Positions 14,901 to 23,344 of a stretch of 64,000 bases of DNA are shown here, piece by piece. Source of the stretch: Salinimicrobium sp. (lineage in GTDB: Archaea; Thermoplasmatota; Poseidoniia; Poseidoniales; Poseidoniaceae). Positions within the stretch are counted from its first letter, which is position 1. The number at the start of each line of letters is the position of its first letter. The DNA is taken from positions 54,440-118,439 of the forward strand of contig CAXRAI010000016.1 of NCBI GenBank assembly GCA_964228865.1, given 5' to 3'. Below the pieces are notes generated by a model that saw nothing but the letters and a program-made list of their open reading frames with translations, ran no database searches and was not told the origin of the DNA. Position numbers and translations under genes: made by a program.

Positions 14901-16113
14901 TGGTGGTGTAGGGCGTGGACCAATCGCTGTTCGTGGCCGCAGGCTGAGCGCGGCAGAAGGTCCCGCCCGAACATGCGGGGTTCAATTGGAGGTTGGAATA
15001 GCCGTAGATGCCTTGGTCAGAATCCAACGTCGCGGCCACGGAGAAGTTGGCAAACACTTGGTCCATGGTGGTTCCAACAAGGCCTGCTTGCCCGTTTGCT
15101 GGCGCTGTTGCGAGGTTGGTGATGCCGCTTCCACCGGTGGCCCCATCTTGCACCAACTGCCGCATGGCTGGGCCGCCACCAAGGTGGTCCACGAGGTACA
15201 TCATGAGCATGAATCCCGCACCGTAGTCGGCGTTTCGTTGGTTCCACCAGCGCACGGAGAGGCCGCTGTTTTGCGTCCAACCGTTCACGTGTCCCGTGAG
15301 CGTGCTGTCCGCCCCGAAGCAGAGGTAAATCGCCACGTCAGCATTGCCTTCGTCGATGTAGAGGTTCTCGTATGGATCGAGAGCATTGTGCAACAGGTGC
15401 TGAAGCTCGTGCGCGATGATGGATCGACCCCACGTCAGGGTGACGTCAGCGTAGTCGACGAAGACCATCTCGCCCTGAGAAGCAAAACTCGGGGCGAAGT
15501 AACCGCCAATGTTGTACTGCCCATCGATGTCGTAGATGATCACCTCAACCTGGCAATTGTTGTCAACGTCGGGTGGAGCGATGCCCCGGCCGTCGCCGTA
15601 GTCCTTGCCGTAGTAGGTCGTCAACGTCGGGTAGATGGTTTGGTCCCAAGTGCTGGCCAGGTTTTGCAGGACCGTTGAACTGAGGGTGCGGCCGGTCTGG
15701 ACCAGGAAGGCGACGCTGCCCGTGGTTTTGGCCACCGTGACCGAAATCGAGCCGCCCGAGGTGGGCACGTTGAGGGTGTCGCCCTGAACGTGTTGGGTGC
15801 AGGCCCGCCCAGACGTCCCGGTGGCTTCGGTCAAGCCCGGGCGGTCGGCGTCCACCCACTGTTGGCGCAGGTAGGGTGTTGCGGACACCACGGGCTGGGA
15901 TTCGTCGATCAGCACGTACGGTCGTGCAAGGTCTTGCGTGAAACCGTCCAGCGAAGCCACATCGAGCAAATGGGCTGGAAGCGCGGCCATCTCCGTGGAA
16001 GTTGGAGATTCCTCCGCCGATGAGGCAGCGGCCAAACCGGTCAACGGCGCCATGACCATCAGTCCCACGAGGAGCAGTGAGGTGAGGGCGCGATTGGAGC
16101 GTGGTTCAGACAT
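11929..16113 (-). CDS. Large cell-surface zinc metallopeptidase (HExxH...E gluzincin-type, M30-like) with multiple PKD/Ig repeats and C-terminal TM anchor
   Basis: Signal peptide; IAHELQH...YIDEG; PKD signatures YAWDFGD, YSWDWGDG, FNWTFPDG and YVWDFGDG; DxDGDG loops; C-terminal hydrophobic helix. Confidence 0.88.
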   Translation of the reverse strand: MSEPRSNRALTSLLLVGLMVMAPLTGLAAASSAEESPTSTEMAALPAHLLDVASLDGFTQDLARPYVLIDESQPVVSATPYLRQQWVDADRPGLTEATGTSGRACTQHVQGDTLNVPTSGGSISVTVAKTTGSVAFLVQTGRTLSSTVLQNLASTWDQTIYPTLTTYYGKDYGDGRGIAPPDVDNNCQVEVIIYDIDGQYNIGGYFAPSFASQGEMVFVDYADVTLTWGRSIIAHELQHLLHNALDPYENLYIDEGNADVAIYLCFGADSTLTGHVNGWTQNSGLSVRWWNQRNADYGAGFMLMMYLVDHLGGGPAMRQLVQDGATGGSGITNLATAPANGQAGLVGTTMDQVFANFSVAATLDSDQGIYGYSNLQLNPACSGGTFCRAQPAATNSDWSTPYTTTGHTMEGWGIRSFKLTPGSASPAPLTLRVTGDRADFDGVVVTQAASDGLLTVSDLTFSNSQATALVPGFGNLTDEVWVIVWLASSIGDCDYTSCGPSYPTGTIDLEAARITAPATIDTGNVTTSDRDGDGLDDTVELEFDVLSNAFFEDLDVDVAVRDGTGAVVDRLDARVEAGGGQPVSTSVFFTPNADGQYTFEFTMRDLLGNNVDETTSAPLTVANMRPVSNGSVSTNLTLSWNDVAFSGDGFDAWGLSLVNNTLPYLDPPVAYAWDFGDNQTSGLKSPVRGYETIGLYNVTLQVKDFGGLWSEVDVLPIEVIDNTDPIPIITINNQVVGDTISVMVDQRILFSAGRTTDNVPTNFLNYSWDWGDGTVDEGPGMFSANHAWTDIDGQNETFTLVLSVSDGANMGTKAVDVVVNNRLPVQIEAGPIMTVTQTPTVMPLVFEDQDGTIESWSWSFPGGVHLGSGTVDRTSDFNTVLATSAQPVVAWERAGTYTVEVTVVDDDGGTSLATLEVIVENQRPTATFNVREASSSETLDLLTSDIQPDIPYVFNARDSTDPDGLVGDQNDLSFNWTFPDGSNSTEVQPRFTFATPGIQSVTLVVTDADGAQSAPRTVTFDVINPVPLIEVRIVEAWLNGSLVEVTTPFDGDVGVVTLKRTFDDAGSVHASPGTLLYFDSDGTRDGDARFEGRLVPMEPASEDWNGLVEYVWDFGDGSALSYTPSPWHAYAEPGNYTITLTVRDAHLTGDVTRAQFTVVIDAPPEVTLIDIPDEFVAGINAIIDAQVTFAQLDKDGTLCRDEDVNDGSMEDCDVLLEQRIAALWELDLEVDTDGDGVTDNDWVAPVREDTYRVATVYDEAGRRTVRIEACDALNQCAVMDLEIDVSPQSTLPPSLSEFSREDWSAWMRSIGADAALFLGLVIAALVLGYLVMRAPTEDEEAATKDAEAYADVERVEVDGMLGIDDHRAPPAPRILRKEERRDEASGYVRPLRRR

Positions 16114-16170
16114 CTTCTCAACACCAAGAAACGCTTTACTGCGACTCCATTCTCACCTCGCGCCCCGGGG

Positions 16171-16178
16171 TATTTAAC
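16171..16178. promoter_or_regulatory. TATA-box-like element in the divergent peptidase intergenic region
   Basis: TATTTAAC lies 24-31 nt upstream of ATG 16202 and is the most AT-rich stretch of the 88-bp intergenic gap. Confidence 0.6.
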
Positions 16179-16201
16179 TGTGGGCTGACGACGCATCGCC
16201 G

Positions 16202-17410
16202 ATGCACCTTCGCGGACGCTTCGTGCTCATGTGCGCCCTCATGTTGATGACGCCGTGGGCCACTGCTCACGCAGAGGGTGAAACGGCGTCGCCTTATTGC
16301 TCGCTTTTGCCTGCACTGGAGGCCGACGGTGAGCGAGCCAATGCCTCCGTCGCCTGGCAGGTTGGTTTGGGTCCACGCCTTCCCGGTAGCGATGCCTCAG
16401 CAGCCCTGCTTGACGGTTTTGAGGAAAACCACAGCGCCTGGTCGTTCGAAAGGGACACCCACACCTACGCTGGAGGGACGTTGACCAACCTGGTGGCTGT
16501 CTTTCCTCCGAACACGGATTTGGCCACGACCGAAGCCTTCGGACTGGGCGCACATTACGACTCGAGGGCCGTGGCCGATGAGGAGGAGAACGCCACCAAT
16601 GCGACCCTCCCTGTCCCCGGTGCAAACGATGGAGGAAGTGGCGTGGCTGCCGTGGGTGAGTTGATGCGCATCATCCCTTCAATGGACCTTGACCACGCGG
16701 TGGTGGTGGTGCTCTTTGACGCCGAAGACCAAGGAACGTCCACGGATTGGGAGAGTTGGGCCGAGGGCAGCCGGCGATGGGCAGACAACCTCTCCAACGC
16801 GGAGGTGAGCAACCTCAAGGCATTCGTTTTGCTTGACATGATCGGTGATGCTCACCTGAACCTTGCCAACATCACGTCCAACCACCAAGGGCTCAACAAC
16901 GCCGTCGAACCTCTGGCCCAAGCCTTGGGCCTTATCCAAGGACGGGAGGCATGTTCCGGCGTTGAGGTGAAGGACGTTTACCAACCCGGAAACCTGCAGT
17001 ACATCTTCGACGATCACGTCCGCCTTCTGAACGTCGGCGTGCCTGCCATCGACATCATCGACCATCGTTTTGGGCCGAACGCGACCGGGTTCTCTAACAG
17101 CTATTGGCACACCCTTGAGGACACGCCCGACAAGGTCAGCGCCGGTTCCTTGCAGACGGTCATGCACCTGGTCGAATTGGGCCTCAGGTCAGGCGCTTGG
17201 ATGGAGGCGGTGGCCCCTGACAATCCAATCGAGGACGTCCCGGTTGTGGAGGACACCACCGGTCTTTCGCTCGCTGGGCCCCTTGGCTTGTTGGTGTTGG
17301 GGTGGGCCTTCGTGGTGGGCGTGGCAGGCGTCAGCATCATGGCGATCCTTGCACTTCGAAGGCTCAGGCCACCCCCCGCTGCCACGGCATGGTCGTGGGA
17401 TGAGGCATAG
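16202..17410 (+). CDS. M28-family metallopeptidase (glutaminyl cyclase/aminopeptidase-like), membrane anchored
   Basis: GAHYDSR, PGANDGGSGVA, LFDAEDQG, LLDMIGD, DDH and YWHTLEDT motifs; signal peptide and C-terminal TM. Confidence 0.92.
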   Translation: MHLRGRFVLMCALMLMTPWATAHAEGETASPYCSLLPALEADGERANASVAWQVGLGPRLPGSDASAALLDGFEENHSAWSFERDTHTYAGGTLTNLVAVFPPNTDLATTEAFGLGAHYDSRAVADEEENATNATLPVPGANDGGSGVAAVGELMRIIPSMDLDHAVVVVLFDAEDQGTSTDWESWAEGSRRWADNLSNAEVSNLKAFVLLDMIGDAHLNLANITSNHQGLNNAVEPLAQALGLIQGREACSGVEVKDVYQPGNLQYIFDDHVRLLNVGVPAIDIIDHRFGPNATGFSNSYWHTLEDTPDKVSAGSLQTVMHLVELGLRSGAWMEAVAPDNPIEDVPVVEDTTGLSLAGPLGLLVLGWAFVVGVAGVSIMAILALRRLRPPPAATAWSWDEA

Positions 17411-17462
17411 ACGACGCAAAGGGACGAAGGGTCATAGGCGACGGCATACCGTGGCCTGAGGC

Positions 17463-18347
17463 GTGGACGCCATGGACCGGGAAGCAAGGCTGAGCGCGTT
17501 GCGCTCGCGCGTCCGCTCCACGCTCGACGGTGAGCAAAGCGATGAGCTCGTCATCGATTCCGTTGACACCTCTCTCGACGACCTCGGCAATGTTGAGCGG
17601 TTGAGCATCGAATCCATGTCGTGGGGCCAAGGCCTCGAACGCGAAGACAGTGAGCGCATTCGGCTCACGGCTGCAGTGTTGATCTTTGTTGGGAGCGTCC
17701 TCGGCATCATGTCCGGGTTGCTCCTTTTGCAAGGAAATCCGGTTGACCTTCTGGCCGCGGAACTCCTCGAGACCACCCCCACAGTGGACCTCCGCATGCA
17801 AGTGCTCGAGGCAGAAAGCGGCAACGCCCTCGAAGGTTTGACCGTCGAGTGGCTCGACTTGGACACAGAAACCGTGCTCCAGACGGCCATGACCGGGTCC
17901 TCTGGCTGGTTTGAGTTCGAAGGCGTGGTCACTGAACCACGCCTGCTGCGTGTCACCGGAGATGGCTACGTGACCTCCGAGATTGAAATGGTAGCCCAAG
18001 CCGCAGGCTCACCACCGGTCACCATGACCCCTGGAAGTGGCACAGAACGTTTGGTGATGACCACAGGCAACGAAGGCCAATGGTCCCTGGACGACGCAAC
18101 GCGCCTGTCCACCACAATCGGCATCGCGACCATCTTGACCGGTGCGGTGGGGTTGTTGGCCGGGCTCGAAGTGCGTCGAGCGAAGAAATACCGCAGGACA
18201 CAGTACCTTGCTGGCATCGGTTTGTTCAGCCGAGGGTTGATCCTGTTTGGACCCGCCCTCATCCTGCTTGGAATGGTCCTGCTGACGCTCACCAAAGGAC
18301 AGTTCCGTGATTGGGAGGGGGACAGCCATGTACCTGATTTCAGTTGA
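17463..18347 (+). CDS. Hypothetical membrane protein with extracellular carboxypeptidase-regulatory-like beta-sandwich
   Basis: TM helix, then V.EAESGNALEG.TV...TGSSGWFEF.GV...LRVTGDGY, then 2-3 TM helices. It overlaps the tmk start. Confidence 0.75.
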   Translation: MDAMDREARLSALRSRVRSTLDGEQSDELVIDSVDTSLDDLGNVERLSIESMSWGQGLEREDSERIRLTAAVLIFVGSVLGIMSGLLLLQGNPVDLLAAELLETTPTVDLRMQVLEAESGNALEGLTVEWLDLDTETVLQTAMTGSSGWFEFEGVVTEPRLLRVTGDGYVTSEIEMVAQAAGSPPVTMTPGSGTERLVMTTGNEGQWSLDDATRLSTTIGIATILTGAVGLLAGLEVRRAKKYRRTQYLAGIGLFSRGLILFGPALILLGMVLLTLTKGQFRDWEGDSHVPDFS

Positions 18348-19659
18348 AGGGGGTGACGGCTCTGGCAAAGGCGAGGCCGTTCGCCTCCTGACCGAAATCC
18401 TCGCGAAGTACCCCTTTGCGGAGGTCTGTTCCACCCATGAGCCACGGCGCCATGCCGACGCCGGGCGGAGGGCCTTGGAGGCCGTTCAGCGCGGTGACAT
18501 GACTCCGGCGGAGGAAGCGGCGTTGTTCGCTGAAGACCGCCTTGACCACACCTCGAGTTGGATTTTGCCTCGCCTTCAGCGAAGCGCCGTCGTGGTTTCG
18601 GACAGAAACATCCACTCCTCCTTGGTCTACCAGGGCGTCGTGGGCGATCTTGGTTTGGACGAGGTCGCGGCACTGAACAAAGGAGCGGCCATCCCTGACC
18701 TCGTGGTGTGGATCGATTGCGACCCAGAACGCGCCATTCGCCGCATTCAGAGCGGCACGCTTCGCATGACCAGCGCAAAGCAGGAGTATTTCGAAACCTC
18801 TGAGATTCAAAAGAAAATTCGCGCTGGATTTGCCTCCTTGCTTTCTGGTGAAGTCAAGGCACCGGCTCCGTTCGACCGCTGCACCATCGCAGGACCCGTC
18901 CTCAACGAGGGCGGACTTGACGAGTTGGAAAAGGCCCTGCGCAAAACGGTCCGTGACTTCATGCGCACCCGCCCAGAACCCCAGAACGTCGACGGCGAAA
19001 CCGTGGACCGCCACGTCATTTCGAACCTTGTTGAAGGCATGAGCGCGCAACAACGCTTGCCCGGGATGCCCGTCAGCAGTGAGCCAGTGTTGCACGGCTG
19101 GCTCAACGGGGCCTCTCCGGCCACATGGATGGAACGGGCTGAGGCGGCTTGGCCAGAGCGCAGCGCCTTGGAGCACGATGTCCCTCGTCGGTTCACCGCC
19201 CTTTCGGTGTGGAGCGTGATCGGAACCTTGTCCCTGATGGACGGTACCTCAGACGTGCGTCGCTTGTACCACGCCCTTGGCCCGGTGCGTTTCGTCTCCC
19301 TCCGCCACGTCCGCAGGCTGGTCAAATGGCTCATTGGGGAAGACTGGATTTTCCGCCAACAGAACGAGGTGAAGTTCGCAGAAGGCCAGATGTTCCGATT
19401 GAGCGATGACCACCTCGCACAAGGGCGCCTTGCGTTGGCGCTTTGGCCCATGCGTGAGCGGTTGGAGGCGTGGCGAGAACAGCACCCAAAGGCCTCCTGG
19501 GCCACCGCGATGGCCCACGTCATCGAAGAAGCACCCGAGCAAGACGTCAACGATGTGATGGCACGGTTGAACCTGCTCTCCAGTGGCCATGTGGGATGCC
19601 CAACCCCAGAAGACGCGACCCAACTTGAGGGATGGTGGCGGTTGGACCCGCCCGCCTGA
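18328..19659 (+). CDS. tmk: Thymidylate kinase with ~230-aa C-terminal extension
   Basis: ISVEGGDGSGKG P-loop, THEP, LFAEDR, VVSDR..HSSLVYQG and PDLVVWID. Start ATG at 18328. Confidence 0.9.
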   Translation: MYLISVEGGDGSGKGEAVRLLTEILAKYPFAEVCSTHEPRRHADAGRRALEAVQRGDMTPAEEAALFAEDRLDHTSSWILPRLQRSAVVVSDRNIHSSLVYQGVVGDLGLDEVAALNKGAAIPDLVVWIDCDPERAIRRIQSGTLRMTSAKQEYFETSEIQKKIRAGFASLLSGEVKAPAPFDRCTIAGPVLNEGGLDELEKALRKTVRDFMRTRPEPQNVDGETVDRHVISNLVEGMSAQQRLPGMPVSSEPVLHGWLNGASPATWMERAEAAWPERSALEHDVPRRFTALSVWSVIGTLSLMDGTSDVRRLYHALGPVRFVSLRHVRRLVKWLIGEDWIFRQQNEVKFAEGQMFRLSDDHLAQGRLALALWPMRERLEAWREQHPKASWATAMAHVIEEAPEQDVNDVMARLNLLSSGHVGCPTPEDATQLEGWWRLDPPA

Positions 19660-20406
19660 TCACTCGTTTTCCATCGAAAGGAAACGAGCACCGCCCGGCA
19701 ATCGGACGTCGGCTGCGTTGAGGAATTGTTCCGGAGAGGCGTTCAGAAGTGCGCCGAAGAGCAACCCAAGACCCACGCCAAAGGGAATCCCGGTGAGCAT
19801 CCGTGTCAGTGGATTGGACTCATAGTCGGTCAACAACTGGGTGAATCCGTCCACGCCAATGGGGACCACGGCCAACGCAGCGAAGCCATAGAACGCCACA
19901 TGGCGCCAACGTCGACGGTAGATGCCTTCTTGCCATGCCTCGGGGAGAATGGAGAGCGCCGTGTCGGTGACCGTCCATCGGTTCAAGGAGCGTCGGTGCA
20001 CGATGGCCCCCCCAACCATCAGGCCAGCAAAGATGCCCAAATCCCGAACACACACCGGCATCTGATTCCCGTTGATGGTCCACGAGCGTTCACCGAGGTT
20101 GTGGCAGTTGAGGTCTCCAAAGGCATACGCGATGGCATGAGCGGTTGGCAATTCAGTCCATGCGAAGGGGGTTTCAGGGCTGATGGTTGTACCGGTGTAG
20201 GCGTCGTACCTGGGCTGGTTTCCGTAACTGAAAGCACCGTCAGCCGTGGCATAATCGAAGGCATTTGCACGGCCTTGCAACTCCGGCACGGTGCCGGGTG
20301 GCAAGGTCAGCGGTGCGATGAACATGGCCAGGAGCAACGTGGTGCTGAGGCCGAAAATCATCGCCCCGACCCTCATCTCGCGGTCTCGGGCCGCGGCATC
20401 GGCCAT
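19660..20406 (-). CDS. DUF2085-family membrane protein
   Basis: FGDLNCHNLGERSW.INGNQMPVCVRDLGI and PIGVDGFTQL..YESN.LTRMLTG, with several TM helices. Confidence 0.85.
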   Translation of the reverse strand: MADAAARDREMRVGAMIFGLSTTLLLAMFIAPLTLPPGTVPELQGRANAFDYATADGAFSYGNQPRYDAYTGTTISPETPFAWTELPTAHAIAYAFGDLNCHNLGERSWTINGNQMPVCVRDLGIFAGLMVGGAIVHRRSLNRWTVTDTALSILPEAWQEGIYRRRWRHVAFYGFAALAVVPIGVDGFTQLLTDYESNPLTRMLTGIPFGVGLGLLFGALLNASPEQFLNAADVRLPGGARFLSMENE

Positions 20407-20480
20407 GCGGTGATGGAACCGCCGGAGGGGCTTGAATCCTCGCCCGAAGGTCCATGCCTGAGCAGGGGCTCCCGCCGCTC

Positions 20481-21095
20481 ATGGCGAAGAGGAAACGCCA
20501 ACGCCTCGCGGACGTGCTTGGTGGAGCCATCCTCATCGCCGCGTACGGTGCAGCCGGTGCCTTCACGGCCTCTTTGGTGGAGGATCCGCAGGATCTGCGC
20601 CGCCACCTGGTCCTTTCAGGCACCTCGTTTGCGGTCCTCTTCGCGATACTTTTGCCTCTGCTGCTCAACATTGAGCCGTCGGACACCGGCGATCGCATCA
20701 AGGCCGACGTGCGCACACGCCTCGCGGCCCACGACGAAGGAAGGGGTCGCTGGCGTCAACTCAGCCATGCGAGGCAGGAGGCGGCCGGATGGCGCATTGA
20801 CATGCACGACCTGACCGACATCGAGGGCGTTGTTTCGACGGTGGTCGACCTCGCTGCAGATCATCACATCAAACTCATGGTCGGGGAGGGGTCTGCACGC
20901 TCAAAAGACCCCACGCTGCGGCCACGTGTCGAAGCCGCGTTGCGTGCAGCTTTCCCGCCCTCTCGCATCCGTCATGGACGCAAATCCCTCAGCACCATTC
21001 CGGACGCAGCCGTGCAAGGTGGAGGGAGTCTGAAGCTCCCTGTCATGCTGATGACCCTCTCGCTCGTCTTTGTCGCCCTCCTTCTCCTGCGTTGA
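20481..21095 (+). CDS. Membrane protein containing an Smr-like domain
   Basis: Two N-terminal TM helices, IDMHDL...IKLMVGEG.A.S..P.LRPRV (Smr DxH/GxG pattern) and a C-terminal TM helix. Confidence 0.7.
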   Translation: MAKRKRQRLADVLGGAILIAAYGAAGAFTASLVEDPQDLRRHLVLSGTSFAVLFAILLPLLLNIEPSDTGDRIKADVRTRLAAHDEGRGRWRQLSHARQEAAGWRIDMHDLTDIEGVVSTVVDLAADHHIKLMVGEGSARSKDPTLRPRVEAALRAAFPPSRIRHGRKSLSTIPDAAVQGGGSLKLPVMLMTLSLVFVALLLLR

Positions 21096-21134
21096 CAAGC
21101 AAGGTCAATAGAGGCCACGAGCGGTCACAACCAC

Positions 21135-22910
21135 ATGCCCACCGGGCTTACCTTCCATGCCGACGCCAAAGAGGGCGGTAGCCGTCGTTTGCTGGCTGCG
21201 GTCGAAATGGAGGGCCCCTTTCCAACCGGGCGAGTGGACCTCAGTTTTCCACGGTGGATTCCAGGGTCCTACACCCTCCGCGACCCTGTGCAGTACGTCG
21301 ACGGCATCGAGGCCACCGACGGGAACGGGGAACGCCTGACCTGGCAACGCCCCGACCCTCACCGTCTTCGCGTCAAGGTCCCACCCGGCACCGAGCGTGT
21401 TCGGATTCAGCACGAGATCATGGCGCTCGAAATGACCGTCCGTTCCACGCACCTGGACGACAACCACCTTCACCTGATGCCCCCGTTTACGTGGTACCTG
21501 CCCGACAACGCGGATTGGTCGGAAGGCGCTGAAGTGCACCTCGACCTGCCTGAGGCGTGGACGCCGTACACGCAACTCGAAACCGTGGAACGCAACGCTC
21601 CATCCGCCCACGTGTTTCACGCACCAGACCGCGATGCCTTCCTTGACGGCATCATCGAGGCCAACGCCGGCCCCAGCCGCGCGTGGGAGGTGGACGGAAG
21701 GCCACACGTCCTCAACATCTGGGACAGCGCTGGCTTGCCCGTGGCGTCGTCCATGATCGATCGGTTTGTGGACGACGCCACGAAGATCATCAAGGAGCAC
21801 CACGCGTTATTTGGGGTTCCTACAAAGGCCCCGTACGTCACCATCCTGCACTTGACGGACACCATGAGGGGAGGGCTTGAGCACCTTGGCTCACAGACCT
21901 CAATGATGCCCCGCGCCTCGCTCATCGACGGAGAAAAGGCCCTGTACAGGGACCTCATCAGCCTCTTCAGCCATGAGTACCTCCACCAGTGGAACGTCAA
22001 GCGACTCAGGCCGAAGGTGTACCTTGACTACGACCTCTCCAAAGAAGTGCCTTCGCCCTTGTTGTGGTGGTTTGAAGGTGGAACCTCATGGCTTGGTGAC
22101 TTGATTTGCCTGCGATCCGGAGCGTGGACGGAGGAAAACTGGAAGGAGGAATTCAACCTCAAAGTCAACCGACACCTCAACCGCCATGGGGCAGCCCACG
22201 AGTCTTTGGCTGAATCGAGCGAATCGGCATGGGTCCACCTCTACAAGCGCACGGCGTGGTCCAGTGAGCGGCGCATCAACTACTACCTCGAAGGCGAGTT
22301 TGCCATGATGGCCCTCGACGTCGAATTGCGGCGCCGAAGCCGTGGTGCTCGGGGTTTGGACGACGTGATGGTCGAAGCCTTGCGTCGCCATGCGGTTGAC
22401 GCGGAAGACCCTGGTGTGGATCATCGACGTCTGCGTCAAGCCCTGACCTCAACCGAAGGTGGTCGGCGACTTGGAAGCATGCTCGATGAGCTGATGACCA
22501 CGCGAACTGCACCACCGATATCCTCCACGCTCGCCAGCCTTGGCCTCGAGTTGACCCCTGAAGAGGGCAGAGAGGAGCACGAAGGCTGGCTGGGCGTTGG
22601 CCTCCAGAACAGGGGAGGGAAAGTGGTGGTGACCACGCACCTGGAGGGCTCGCCGCTGCGAAACCTCGTTGACGCCGGTGACGAATTGGTGGCCATCAAC
22701 GACCGCAGGATCACCGAGGTCAAGCATGTAAAGCAGGCCCTGAGCCAATGTGCAGGACAGAAGGTGCGTGTGCTGACCGCCCGTGAAGGCGGCCTTCGAA
22801 CCTGCGACGTCACCGCAGATTCGGCCGTCGACCATCGGAAGGTGGAGGTCGCCGGCAAAGGGAACGCACTTTGGCGACGCATCACGGCAACACGCCAGAC
22901 GGATGCCTGA
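21135..22910 (+). CDS. M61 glycyl aminopeptidase with PDZ domain
   Basis: PRWIPGSY, GGLEH, SHEYLHQWNVKRLRP, LLWWFEGGTS and a PDZ (GWLGV...GSP...GDELVAIND). Confidence 0.93.
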   Translation: MPTGLTFHADAKEGGSRRLLAAVEMEGPFPTGRVDLSFPRWIPGSYTLRDPVQYVDGIEATDGNGERLTWQRPDPHRLRVKVPPGTERVRIQHEIMALEMTVRSTHLDDNHLHLMPPFTWYLPDNADWSEGAEVHLDLPEAWTPYTQLETVERNAPSAHVFHAPDRDAFLDGIIEANAGPSRAWEVDGRPHVLNIWDSAGLPVASSMIDRFVDDATKIIKEHHALFGVPTKAPYVTILHLTDTMRGGLEHLGSQTSMMPRASLIDGEKALYRDLISLFSHEYLHQWNVKRLRPKVYLDYDLSKEVPSPLLWWFEGGTSWLGDLICLRSGAWTEENWKEEFNLKVNRHLNRHGAAHESLAESSESAWVHLYKRTAWSSERRINYYLEGEFAMMALDVELRRRSRGARGLDDVMVEALRRHAVDAEDPGVDHRRLRQALTSTEGGRRLGSMLDELMTTRTAPPISSTLASLGLELTPEEGREEHEGWLGVGLQNRGGKVVVTTHLEGSPLRNLVDAGDELVAINDRRITEVKHVKQALSQCAGQKVRVLTAREGGLRTCDVTADSAVDHRKVEVAGKGNALWRRITATRQTDA

Positions 22911-23289
22911 GCCGATCCAACGAAACCTCACAGGCCACATCGAGTTGGCTCAAGTCGTATTTCGTGCTGCGTGGAGGCATCAGCCCTTGCTCCCGGACGT
23001 GTGCAACCACCTCCTGATGCGTGATGGGAACATCTGAACCGCGACGTTCAACCTTCACGCTGGAAGCATCCACCAACAGCACGGGCACGCATCGAAGGCC
23101 AAGACGGCGAGCAACGGCCAAGCGATGGTGTCCGTCAAGGACCAGATGATCTTCAGCGTCGACAACAAGACGGGACCTCATCGCTCCCCAGCGGACGTGC
23201 ATGTGCGCGCTCTTTCGGACCCTGCTCGATGACGTCGCCTCATGCGGAAGAAGTTCGTCGAGGTCCATGAGGACGGGACCAAGTTGCAC
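22882..23289 (-). CDS. Small ParB/sulfiredoxin-fold protein (SerK/SbnI-like core)
   Basis: LDELLPHE...LVLDGHHRLAVARRLGL..VP...ITHQEVV....LMPPRSTK. Start is GTG 23289 or ATG 23268; the upstream part of the track ORF is a shadow of the CCA gene. Confidence 0.8.
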   Translation of the reverse strand: MQLGPVLMDLDELLPHEATSSSRVRKSAHMHVRWGAMRSRLVVDAEDHLVLDGHHRLAVARRLGLRCVPVLLVDASSVKVERRGSDVPITHQEVVAHVREQGLMPPRSTKYDLSQLDVACEVSLDRLRHPSGVLP

Positions 23290-23344
23290 GGGCGGGGCTG
23301 GCTTGCGTGCGATAAGGATATGTCGAGTCGGAGAAGGACATGGC

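Noticed and set aside
22882..23289. ParABS partition system
   Set aside because: There is no HTH or dimerisation domain and no adjacent ParA; the motifs fit SerK-like enzymes better.
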